A stretch of DNA of 56,920 bases, taken from assembly GCA_947600015.1 (NCBI GenBank), contig CANQFX010000001.1, positions 1 through 56,920 of the forward strand, written 5' to 3'. The stretch is from an uncultured Bacilli bacterium (GTDB taxonomy: Bacteria > Bacillota_I > Bacilli_A > RF39 > UBA660). The notes under the pieces were generated by a model. The model had not been told where the DNA came from and searched no databases. It saw only the letters and a list, made by a program, of their open reading frames with translations. Position 1 is the stretch's first letter. Every line of letters begins with the position of its first letter. Position numbers and translations under genes: made by a program. This document shows, in pieces, positions 43,225 to 52,170 of this stretch.

Positions 43225-44214
43225 ATGGGAATTATAAAGCAAAGAAAAGAACTAAATAAATCCATAAGAAAATCAAAAAATATTTTCCTAATGGCTCATC
43301 AAGATTTGGATTTAGATGCTTTAGGAAGTTCTATTGGAATGTATATGCTTCTTACCAAAAAAAGAAAAAATTGTTATATCATTATCGATGATAAAAAACA
43401 TGAATTAGGAGTACAAAAAGTATTAAAAGAATTAGAAGGATGTATAAAAATAATAAAAAGTGAAGACCTTGAAAAATATCTTCATCCAAAAGATAAAAAA
43501 AATCTATTAATTGTATTAGATACGAATAAAGTGGAATTAGTTCAAAGTAAAAAACCATTAGAAAAAATAAAAAATAAAATGATAATTGATCATCATGAAT
43601 TAGGAAAAACAACAATTAAAGATGCCATCATAATTAATGATACAGAGGTATCTAGTACATGCGAAATGATAGCAGAATTGATTGAATATTATGAAATAGA
43701 ATTAGATTCTTATTATGCTACTCTTTTACTCGCAGGAATTGTATTAGATACGAATAATTTTACATTAAAAACAAATAATGAAACTTATTATGCTGCTTAT
43801 TACCTTTCTAGTTTAGGAGCAAGTGCCAAAAAAGTACAATATTTATTAAAACAAGATATCTTAGAATATACAGAAAGACAAAAATTATTATCTCATATAG
43901 AAACGATTGAAGATAAAATCGCTTTTACAAAAGCAACCCCTTATACTATTTATAGAAGAGAAGATTTAGCTAAAATTGCAGATACGCTACTTTTCTTTAA
44001 TAATATAGAGGCCTCTTTTGTCATTGGAAAGATTAGCAAAGATGTGATTGGATTGAGTGCTAGAAGCCTAGGAAATTATGATATTAGTAAGATTTTGGAA
44101 AGACTAGGAGGCGGTGGAGATACATATAATGGTGCCGCTAAATTTGAAGGGAAAACCATAAAAGAAGTAGAACAAGAACTAAAAAAACAAATTCAAAAAG
44201 AAGAAGGCGAATAA
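43225..44214 (+). CDS. DHH/DHHA1 phosphoesterase, GdpP catalytic-domain-only homologue
   Basis: Motifs [29 protein letters not shown] and GGGGD. It occupies the gdpP (yybT) slot between rpsR and rplI. It is only 329 aa, with no TM, PAS or GGDEF region. Confidence 0.8.
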   Translation: MGIIKQRKELNKSIRKSKNIFLMAHQDLDLDALGSSIGMYMLLTKKRKNCYIIIDDKKHELGVQKVLKELEGCIKIIKSEDLEKYLHPKDKKNLLIVLDTNKVELVQSKKPLEKIKNKMIIDHHELGKTTIKDAIIINDTEVSSTCEMIAELIEYYEIELDSYYATLLLAGIVLDTNNFTLKTNNETYYAAYYLSSLGASAKKVQYLLKQDILEYTERQKLLSHIETIEDKIAFTKATPYTIYRREDLAKIADTLLFFNNIEASFVIGKISKDVIGLSARSLGNYDISKILERLGGGGDTYNGAAKFEGKTIKEVEQELKKQIQKEEGE

Positions 44215-44215
44215 A

Positions 44216-44656
44216 ATGGAAGTAATCTTTATCAAAGATCTAAAAAATCAAGGAAAAAAGGGACAAATAAAAAAAGTAAAAGATGGATATGCAGAAAACT
44301 TTCTAATTAAAAACGGTTATGCTATAGTAAAAAATAGTGAAAACTTAAAGAAATTAGAACAAGAAAAAGATAAAGTAGCAGCAGAAAATGCAGAAAAAAA
44401 GAAACAAGCAGAAATGTTAAAAAAAGAATTAGAACAAGTAACATTAGAATTTAAAGTAAAAACAGGAGAACAAGACAAAGTATTCGGGAGTATAAGTGTA
44501 AAACAAATAAAAGACGAACTTAAAAAAAAGAACTATTCTATTGAAAAAAGTCAAATTAATTTAAATGATTCTATTTCTACATTAGGATTTCATCATGTAA
44601 AGATTAATTTATATCCAGGAGTAGAAACTACAATAAAGATTCATGTAATAAAATAG
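44216..44656 (+). CDS. rplI: 50S ribosomal protein L9
   Basis: [31 protein letters not shown]. Confidence 0.95.
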   Translation: MEVIFIKDLKNQGKKGQIKKVKDGYAENFLIKNGYAIVKNSENLKKLEQEKDKVAAENAEKKKQAEMLKKELEQVTLEFKVKTGEQDKVFGSISVKQIKDELKKKNYSIEKSQINLNDSISTLGFHHVKINLYPGVETTIKIHVIK

Positions 44657-44666
44657 AGGTGAAGAT

Positions 44667-46019
44667 ATGTCAGCAAGAACATTACCTAATAATTTAGAAG
44701 CAGAACAATCTGTGCTAGGAGCCTGTTTTTTATCGAAATATGCTCTTCAAAAAGCCGCAGAAACTTTAACAAAAGAATCTTTTTATGATGAGAGAAATGG
44801 TAAAATTTTTAATACACTCGCAACACTAGCAGAAGAAAAAATTCCCATTGATATTACAACAGTAACAAGTTATTTACAAAAAGACAATGCATTATCAGAA
44901 GTAGGAGGAGTAGAATATTTATCTGAAATTATTAATTTTGTTCCTACAGCAAGCAATGTTGACTATTATATTCAAACAGTAGAAGAGTCTGCCATTATTA
45001 GAAGATTAATTCAAACGGCAACCGATATTGCCGAAGAAGGATATAAAAATGAAGAAAGTATTAATGACCTTTTAGACAATTCTGAAAAGAAAATATTAAA
45101 TATTGTTAAAAAACGTAAATCCAGTGAATTTCGCTTGATAAAAGATGTATTAGATAAAACCCAATCAGATTTAGATCAACTTTCTCAACATAAAGGAGAA
45201 GTGACAGGGCTTTCCACAGGATGGTATGATTTAGATCGCGTTACTACAGGTCTTCATTCTGGTGAATTAATCATTATTGCTGCCCGTCCCGGAATGGGAA
45301 AAACTGCCTTTGCTTTAAACTTAGTAACACATGTTGCCATGACACAAGAAAAGTCTGTTGCTCTATTTAATATGGAAATGCCTGCAGAACAACTTGCAAC
45401 AAGAATGTTAGCCTCTGTTGGGCAAGTAGAAGGAAATAAACTTAGAACAGGAAATCTAATGCCAAATGATTGGAAACGCGTTAATGAAGCAATATCTCAG
45501 CTTTCTCCAACAAATATAGTAATGGATGATACCCCAGGAATTACAATTGGAGAAATCAGAGCAAAATGTCGTAGATTAGCAAGTAGTGAAAATGGCCTAG
45601 CTTTAATTGTAATAGACTATTTACAATTAATCTCAGGAGGAAAAAATTATGGAGTTAATCGTCAACAAGAAGTATCTGATATTTCTAGAAGTCTGAAGAC
45701 ACTAGCTTTAGAGTTAAATATTCCTATTATTGCTTTATCTCAATTATCTCGTGGTGTAGAATCACGAGAGGACAAACGCCCATTAATGAGTGATTTAAGA
45801 GAATCTGGATCTATTGAACAAGATGCTGATATTGTAGCCTTTTTATATCGAGAAGATTATTATAAGAAAGGTCCAAAAGAAGAAGGCGACACAAGTATTA
45901 GTGAATTTATTATTGAAAAACACAGAAGTGGACCATCTACAACAATAGAACTTTTATTTAAAAAAAGCACAATGACTTTTTTAAACTATAAAAAAGAGAA
46001 AGAACCATTGGAGGGATAG
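44667..46019 (+). CDS. dnaB: Replicative DNA helicase DnaB (DnaC in B. subtilis nomenclature)
   Basis: PNNLEAEQSVLGA and Walker A ARPGMGKTAF. RecA-like C-domain. Confidence 0.95.
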   Translation: MSARTLPNNLEAEQSVLGACFLSKYALQKAAETLTKESFYDERNGKIFNTLATLAEEKIPIDITTVTSYLQKDNALSEVGGVEYLSEIINFVPTASNVDYYIQTVEESAIIRRLIQTATDIAEEGYKNEESINDLLDNSEKKILNIVKKRKSSEFRLIKDVLDKTQSDLDQLSQHKGEVTGLSTGWYDLDRVTTGLHSGELIIIAARPGMGKTAFALNLVTHVAMTQEKSVALFNMEMPAEQLATRMLASVGQVEGNKLRTGNLMPNDWKRVNEAISQLSPTNIVMDDTPGITIGEIRAKCRRLASSENGLALIVIDYLQLISGGKNYGVNRQQEVSDISRSLKTLALELNIPIIALSQLSRGVESREDKRPLMSDLRESGSIEQDADIVAFLYREDYYKKGPKEEGDTSISEFIIEKHRSGPSTTIELLFKKSTMTFLNYKKEKEPLEG

Positions 46020-46020
46020 A

Positions 46021-47511
46021 ATGAAAAAATTTGAAACCATCTTTTTTCTTATTATATTATTTTTCTCTATCTTTTTAGGAACTGGTCTTTCTTTACAAAA
46101 GATCAATCCCAAAACTGTATATCATGTATATTTAAAGGGAAAATCAATAGGAATAATTGAATCCAAAGAAGAATTAGAAAAATATATTAATGAAAAGCAA
46201 CAAGAAATCAAAGAGAAATATCATGTTGATAAAGTCTATTTACCGGAAGAATTAGATATTTTAAAGGAAATTACATATGATGATGAAATAGAATCAATTC
46301 AAGAAATATATAAAAAAATTAAGGACATCTCCCCTTTTACAATTAAAGGCTATGCAATTAAGATTAAGGGAATTGATACGAAAGATAATAAAGGTAAAAA
46401 AGTAAAAGGTAAGGACCAAACAATTTATGTATTAGACAAAAAGGTATTTTCTGATGCAGTAGATAGTTTAGTAAAATCATTTATTCCAGAAGAAGAATAT
46501 ACCGCTTATGCCAATAATACACAAAAAGAGATTAAAGATACTGGAAAACTTATTGAAAATATATATATTGAAAATAAAATTACAATAAAAAAACAAAATA
46601 TTCCAGTAGATCAAACAATTTATCAAGAAAAAGAGAATTTAAGTAAATTTTTACTGTTTGGTACAACGGAAAAGCAAAAAACATATGAAGTAAAAACAGG
46701 AGATACGATTGAAGACGTTGCATTTAATAATAAAATATCAACAGAAGAATTTTTAATTGCAAATCCTTCTTTTTCCGATACAAATAGTTTATTATATGCC
46801 GGACAAGAAGTAACAATTGGAATTTTGAAACCACAATTTAATATTGTAGAAGAAGACCACGTCGTAGTAAGAGAAGAGAAAAATTATACAACGGAAACGA
46901 GATATGATAACAGCAAATATGTAGGATACAATGAAGTGATTCAGAAAGGGTCAAAAGGAGAAAATAAAGTAACGCAAAAAATCCAAAAAGTAAATGGAGA
47001 AACAAAAAATGTAGTCACAGTTACCACGGAAGTAATCAAAGAACCAGTCAACGAAATTGTTGTCAAAGGTGGAAAAGAGTCCAATTATGGTGCAGGCTAT
47101 GGAACTGTTGTTGCGACAAAAGGTCAGTGGGGATGGCCAGCAACATGTGCTTCCATTTCTAGTCCATTTGGATGGCGTTGGGGAGTATTGCATGATGGTA
47201 CTGATATTGCAGGATGTGGATACGGTTCTAATATTTTTGCCGCTCAATCTGGAACAGTAGTACAATCTGCTTATAAATATGATAATGGGCAATATATTAC
47301 AATTGATCATCATAATGGTTATTATTCTATGTATGCGCATTTATGCAATGGATGTCGTTATGTAAAAGTAGGAGATAATGTCGTAAAAGGTCAAGTGATA
47401 GGAGCAATGGGAATGACAGGTGCTGCGACAGGAGTGCATGTTCATTTCGCAATTTGGCAAGGTTATCCTTATCGTGGAGGAAGAGCGTTAAACGCGATGA
47501 ATTTCTATTAA
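46021..47511 (+). CDS. Membrane-anchored peptidoglycan hydrolase: LysM plus G5 plus M23 metallopeptidase
   Basis: N-terminal TM segment. LysM is YEVKTGDTIEDVAFNNKISTEEFLIANP. The G5-like region is around EVIQKGSKGENKVTQKIQKVNGE. M23 motifs are HDGTDIA, YSMYAHL and GVHVHFAI. Confidence 0.8.
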   Translation: MKKFETIFFLIILFFSIFLGTGLSLQKINPKTVYHVYLKGKSIGIIESKEELEKYINEKQQEIKEKYHVDKVYLPEELDILKEITYDDEIESIQEIYKKIKDISPFTIKGYAIKIKGIDTKDNKGKKVKGKDQTIYVLDKKVFSDAVDSLVKSFIPEEEYTAYANNTQKEIKDTGKLIENIYIENKITIKKQNIPVDQTIYQEKENLSKFLLFGTTEKQKTYEVKTGDTIEDVAFNNKISTEEFLIANPSFSDTNSLLYAGQEVTIGILKPQFNIVEEDHVVVREEKNYTTETRYDNSKYVGYNEVIQKGSKGENKVTQKIQKVNGETKNVVTVTTEVIKEPVNEIVVKGGKESNYGAGYGTVVATKGQWGWPATCASISSPFGWRWGVLHDGTDIAGCGYGSNIFAAQSGTVVQSAYKYDNGQYITIDHHNGYYSMYAHLCNGCRYVKVGDNVVKGQVIGAMGMTGAATGVHVHFAIWQGYPYRGGRALNAMNFY

Positions 47512-47512
47512 T

Positions 47513-48268
47513 ATGAAAGTAAAAGTAATCGCAAGTGGTTCCAAAGGAAATTGTTCCATTGTCCTAGCCAAAAAAACAAATCTCATTATTGATATGGGAA
47601 TTTCATACTTGACCTTAAAAAGAAATATAGAAGACTCTTCCCTTACCTTTGCTGATTTTGATGGTATTTTAATTACTCATTGCCATAAAGATCATATTAA
47701 TGGACTTTCTACCTTAGTAAAATATACAAAACTAAATGCTTATATTCCAGAAGCAATGTATGAAAGTTTAAAAGAATATCTCCCAAGAGAACGATGTATT
47801 TTTATTGATGATCATTTTAAAATCAATGAAATAGAAATTGAATTAATTCATACTTCTCATGATGCCCCTTGTTCTGTAGGATTTATAATTTCTTCAGAAA
47901 ATAAAACGTTAGTATATGTTACAGACACTGGTTATATTAATCGAAAATATTTAACAAAAATGGCCAAAAAAGAGATGTATATTATAGAAAGCAATCATGA
48001 TGAAGAAATGTTAATGGATGGACCATATCCTAGGTTTTTAAAAGAACGTGTAATTAGTGATATCGGTCATTTATCAAATAAAACTTCTGCAAGGTATTTA
48101 AAACAATTAGTAGGTGAAAATACAAAACATATTATTTTAGCTCATTTAAGTGAAAAAAATAATACGGAAGAACTAGCATTGAATACAGTGAAAGAAAGTT
48201 TGAAGGATAAGGAAATAGAAATTTTAATTGCCCATCAACATGAAGAATGTCCTATCATTGAGGTATAA
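47513..48268 (+). CDS. MBL-fold metallo-hydrolase (YycJ/WalJ-like)
   Basis: Contains THCHKDH (the HxHxDH motif). 251 aa. It precedes rlmH, as yycJ does in B. subtilis. Confidence 0.75.
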   Translation: MKVKVIASGSKGNCSIVLAKKTNLIIDMGISYLTLKRNIEDSSLTFADFDGILITHCHKDHINGLSTLVKYTKLNAYIPEAMYESLKEYLPRERCIFIDDHFKINEIEIELIHTSHDAPCSVGFIISSENKTLVYVTDTGYINRKYLTKMAKKEMYIIESNHDEEMLMDGPYPRFLKERVISDIGHLSNKTSARYLKQLVGENTKHIILAHLSEKNNTEELALNTVKESLKDKEIEILIAHQHEECPIIEV

Positions 48269-48269
48269 A

Positions 48270-48725
48270 ATGATAAAAATATTAGCCGTCGGAAATATAA
48301 AAGAAAAATACTTAAAAGAAGCAATAGAAGACTATAAAAAAAGAATTAAAAAATATACAAAAATAGAAATAATAGAAATAAAAGATGAAATTGTGGGTGA
48401 AGAAAGCAAACGAATCCTGTTAGAAGGAGAAAGAATAAAGAAATATATTACAGAAAAAGACTATATCATAACATTGGAAATTGAAGGGATACAAGAAAGT
48501 TCAGAAAGTTTCGCAGAAAAAATAAATAAATTACAAATAGAAACTAGTAATATAACTTTTATTATTGGAGGTAGTAATGGCCTTAGCAAGGAAATAAAAC
48601 AACAAGCAAAATGGCATCTTTCTATATCGAAAATGACTTTCCCACACCAACTTTTTCGAGTTATTTTGTTGGAACAAATTTATCGAGCTTATAAAATTAT
48701 AAATAATGAAAGTTATCATAAATAG
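48270..48725 (+). CDS. rlmH: 23S rRNA (pseudouridine1915-N3)-methyltransferase RlmH
   Basis: MIKILAVGNIKEKYLKEAIEDYKKRI...GGSNGLS...LSISKMTFPHQL is a SPOUT fold. The start is trimmed to ATG 48270, behind a GAGG RBS. Confidence 0.9.
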   Translation: MIKILAVGNIKEKYLKEAIEDYKKRIKKYTKIEIIEIKDEIVGEESKRILLEGERIKKYITEKDYIITLEIEGIQESSESFAEKINKLQIETSNITFIIGGSNGLSKEIKQQAKWHLSISKMTFPHQLFRVILLEQIYRAYKIINNESYHK

Positions 48726-48735
48726 GAGGTATCAT

Positions 48736-49398
48736 ATGATTGGGAATGATTGGGACATTCTATTAAAAGAAGAATATAAAAAAGACTACTTTCAGAAATT
48801 AATGAATTTTATTAAACAAGAATACAAAACAAAAACAATATACCCTAAACAAACAGAAGTATTTAATGCTTTTCGATATACAAATTTTGACAACATTAAA
48901 GTAGTGATTTTAGGGCAAGATCCCTATCATGGCCCAAATCAAGCAGAAGGATTATCTTTTTCTGTTAGTAATGAAGTTTTAAAACCCCCTTCTCTACAAA
49001 ATATATTTAAAGAATTAGAAACAGATTTAAATATTCCTTTTCCTAAAAAAAATTCTCTAAAACCATGGGCAAAAGAAGGAGTATTATTATTAAATGCTGT
49101 TTTAACTGTAGAAGCCCATACTCCGACTTCTCATAAAGATCGAGGATGGGAAATATTTACAGATGAGGTAATAAAAATAATAAATGAAAAAACAACCCCT
49201 ATAGTATTTATTTTGTGGGGAAGCTATGCCAGAGCAAAGAAAACGTTAATTACAAATCCTATTCATTACATCATTGAATCCCCTCACCCTTCCCCCTTCT
49301 CTGCCTATCATGGATTTTTTGGAAGCAAGCCATTTTCAAAAACAAATGAATTTTTAAAGAAAAATGGTATGAAAGAAATTAATTGGGCAATTGAATAG
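48736..49398 (+). CDS. ung: Uracil-DNA glycosylase (family 1)
   Basis: Motifs GQDPYHGPNQAEGLSFS and HPSPFSA. The start is trimmed to ATG 48736, behind an AGGAGG RBS. Confidence 0.93.
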   Translation: MIGNDWDILLKEEYKKDYFQKLMNFIKQEYKTKTIYPKQTEVFNAFRYTNFDNIKVVILGQDPYHGPNQAEGLSFSVSNEVLKPPSLQNIFKELETDLNIPFPKKNSLKPWAKEGVLLLNAVLTVEAHTPTSHKDRGWEIFTDEVIKIINEKTTPIVFILWGSYARAKKTLITNPIHYIIESPHPSPFSAYHGFFGSKPFSKTNEFLKKNGMKEINWAIE

Positions 49399-49441
49399 AA
49401 AAAATATGCGTCTGTGTTAAGTATTAATTTAAAAAATAGAA

Positions 49442-50542
49442 ATGAGTGAAGATATGTCAACATCAACACAAGAAGAAATTAAAAACGTAATAGAATTTTA
49501 TATGTTAGCCAACCATTTAAAATATGCTACTAGAGATAATAAGCAAAGTTTAGCCGATCAAATATATGGGGCAATGATTTTAGCGGTAGCAATGAATTCC
49601 GAATACCATAAAACGGAAAATACAGGAAGAACAATAAAAACAATTTTGATTGAAACATTAGATTTTTACTATCCTAATGAAACAAAAAAATATATGGATA
49701 AAACATCTAAAGTTACTAGTACAGATAAAACTTCAAATAAATCATCAAACTTTGCATTTGAATGTATAATGTCAGAGTTAGCATTAGAATACTTTTTTGA
49801 AGAATTTCTAGTAGAAGAAAATATATGTGCTATGAATGTGGATGAATTATATAAAGTTGCTAAAAATTATGGTATCTTGGACCGATTAGGGAACGATGAA
49901 GCAAAAAATTATGAGATATTTCAATTCTATTATAAAAATCGCACCTTAAAAAAGAAAGAACGCAGTGGTTGGGATTCAAAACATTGGAATATTTCTATAA
50001 ATAGAACGGAAAGAATTTCGGAACATATTGTTGGAACAATAGCTTTAGCTATAGCTCTAGATTCGGAATTTGATTTTAAAATTGATATTGATGAAGTAGT
50101 TACGGCCTTATGTGTTCATGAAATAGGAGAAATCAGTATTGGTGATATCACACCTTTCGATGGTATTACTCCAGAAGAGAAAAAAGAAATTGAACATAAA
50201 GCCATGGTAGAAGCTTTAGGTAATCTTAAAAATAAAGACTTATTATTAAAACTATTATTTAGTTTTGACGAACAAGATACCTCTGAATCAAAATTTGCTT
50301 ATTATTGTGATAAGTTAGAAGCAGATATTCAAGCAAAAGTATACCAAGATATGGGATGTCAAAAATCTTTACATAATCAAGAAAATAATATTGTATTTCA
50401 AAATACTAGAATTAAACAAATACTAGAACAAGGAGCAGAAACGGCTTTTGATATTTGGTATACGTGGGATAAACCAATTTATGAAAAAGAACCAGTGTTT
50501 CAAAAAGTATTAAAATACATAAAAAATACAACAATCACATAA
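49442..50542 (+). CDS. Two-lobed HD-superfamily protein (degenerate N-copy plus YfbR-like 5'-nucleotidase-type C-copy)
   Basis: The C-half reads ERSGWDSKHW...ERISEHIVGTIALAIAL...VHEIGEISIGDITP...YYCDKLEAD. The N-half reads FYMLANHLKY...SLADQIYGAMILAVAM and lacks the metal ligands. Confidence 0.6.
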   Translation: MSEDMSTSTQEEIKNVIEFYMLANHLKYATRDNKQSLADQIYGAMILAVAMNSEYHKTENTGRTIKTILIETLDFYYPNETKKYMDKTSKVTSTDKTSNKSSNFAFECIMSELALEYFFEEFLVEENICAMNVDELYKVAKNYGILDRLGNDEAKNYEIFQFYYKNRTLKKKERSGWDSKHWNISINRTERISEHIVGTIALAIALDSEFDFKIDIDEVVTALCVHEIGEISIGDITPFDGITPEEKKEIEHKAMVEALGNLKNKDLLLKLLFSFDEQDTSESKFAYYCDKLEADIQAKVYQDMGCQKSLHNQENNIVFQNTRIKQILEQGAETAFDIWYTWDKPIYEKEPVFQKVLKYIKNTTIT

Positions 50543-50568
50543 AAAAAATAGGAAATCCTATTTTTTTT
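50542..50568. terminator. Bidirectional terminator between the convergent HD gene and pta
   Basis: AAAAAAAATAGGA-AA-TCCTATTTTTTTT. It overlaps the pta stop codon. Confidence 0.55.
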
Positions 50569-51550
50569 GTGCTTGAAGTGCAGTAATTGCTACTACGCCG
50601 ATAATATCTTCTACACTACACCCTCGTGATAAATCATTAATTGGTGCTGCAATCCCTTGGGTAATCGGCCCATAGGCTTCTGCTTTGGCAAGTCGCTGTA
50701 CTAATTTATAACCAATATTACCAGCATCTAAATCTGGAAAAATTAATACATTGGCCTTCCCTGCAATCTCACTATGAGGTGCTTTCTCTCTTGCTACCTC
50801 TGGTATAATAGCTGCATCCAATTGAAATTCTCCATCTATCTTATATTGTGGATAGTTTTCTTTTACAATAGAAAGAGCATTCGTTACTTTTTCTACATCC
50901 GCATGAGTTGCACTTCCCTTTGTAGAATGAGAAAGCATTGCTACCTTTGCTTCTTTTCCCACTAAAAATGAGAAACTTTCTGCACTACTAGCTGCAATGG
51001 CTGCTAACTCTTCTGCATTTGGATTTTGAACTAAGCCAGAATCCGCAAAAATAAAAATTCCATTTTCTCCATAAGAACAATGAGGAACAACCATTAAGAA
51101 GAAGGCGGAAACTAAACTCGTATTTGGTTTTGTTTTAATGATTTGTAGCGCTGGTCTTAAAGTGTTTGCCGTGGAATGACAAGCGCCAGAGACAACTCCA
51201 TCTGCCTTCCCTACTTTTACAAGCATACAAGCATAGTACATAAAATCATCCAATAAAAGATTTTTTGCTTGTTCCAAAGTTAGACCTTTATGTTTTCTTA
51301 ATTCAAAAAGTTCTGTTGCTAATTCTTCTGTTAATGTAGAAGTATAAGGATCAATGATATCAGCCTTAGATAAATCAAAAGAACAGATTTTTTTCATTTC
51401 TTTTTCGTTGCCAATTAAAATTAAGTGACAAAGATCTTCCTCTAAAATTTTATAAGCTGCTTCTAGTATTCTTTTGTCCATTGTTTCAGGCAAAACAATG
51501 GTTTTTTTCTCCATCTTTGCCCTTTTTTTCATACTTTCAATAAAACTCAT
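50558..51550 (-). CDS. pta: Phosphate acetyltransferase
   Basis: About 330 aa PTA_PTB domain (IVLPE..D.R.L.A; SGACHSTANTLRPALQIIK; INDLSRG). The start is trimmed to ATG 51550 (MSFIESM...), behind a GGGGG RBS. This removes the overlap with lemA. Confidence 0.92.
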   Translation of the reverse strand: MSFIESMKKRAKMEKKTIVLPETMDKRILEAAYKILEEDLCHLILIGNEKEMKKICSFDLSKADIIDPYTSTLTEELATELFELRKHKGLTLEQAKNLLLDDFMYYACMLVKVGKADGVVSGACHSTANTLRPALQIIKTKPNTSLVSAFFLMVVPHCSYGENGIFIFADSGLVQNPNAEELAAIAASSAESFSFLVGKEAKVAMLSHSTKGSATHADVEKVTNALSIVKENYPQYKIDGEFQLDAAIIPEVAREKAPHSEIAGKANVLIFPDLDAGNIGYKLVQRLAKAEAYGPITQGIAAPINDLSRGCSVEDIIGVVAITALQAQKK

Positions 51551-51560
51551 ATAAACCCCC

Positions 51561-52091
51561 TTATGCTTCTTCTTGTTCATTTAAGATTTCAAAAGGTTCC
51601 CTTTTTTCATGTTTATAAAACTCTTTCTTTTTATAGCGACTAAAAATAGCTACAAGATTAGCAGGGAAACTATTTACTAATTGATTATAGGAAACAACAG
51701 TATCATTATAAAATTTAATTGTTCCAATTAAGTCATCCTCATTATAATTAAGTTGTTTAATTAATGAGATTAATTTTTCACTTTTCATTAATTTTTCATT
51801 TTCTTCTAGTGTTTTGAATAATTCATTTGAAACGTTTCGCAGAATTTCATTTTTTTTCAAATGATTTTCTTCTGTTGTATCTAACCCTTCTAAAAACTCC
51901 TTTAATTTTAGTTCTTTCTTTATAATTGGTTTCGTCTTCTTTAAAATTTCTTCTTTCTTTTCTAATAATAAACCAATATTATTTTCTGCTTCGTCCATTT
52001 TTATATTACAAAATTGAAATTTACTTTTTTCTACTTTGCCAATGATAATAACTATAATAACAAAGACAATGGCACAAATAATTTCTATCAT
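51561..52091 (-). CDS. lemA: LemA family protein
   Basis: N-terminal TM segment. The C-terminal YNDTVVSYNQLVNSFPANLVAIF is a LemA signature. Confidence 0.75.
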   Translation of the reverse strand: MIEIICAIVFVIIVIIIGKVEKSKFQFCNIKMDEAENNIGLLLEKKEEILKKTKPIIKKELKLKEFLEGLDTTEENHLKKNEILRNVSNELFKTLEENEKLMKSEKLISLIKQLNYNEDDLIGTIKFYNDTVVSYNQLVNSFPANLVAIFSRYKKKEFYKHEKREPFEILNEQEEA

Positions 52092-52170
52092 AAACTTGCC
52101 TCACCTCAATACTAATCTCATTATATCAAAAGAAATAATAAGAAACAATAAAAATAGAGTAAATTTAAGA

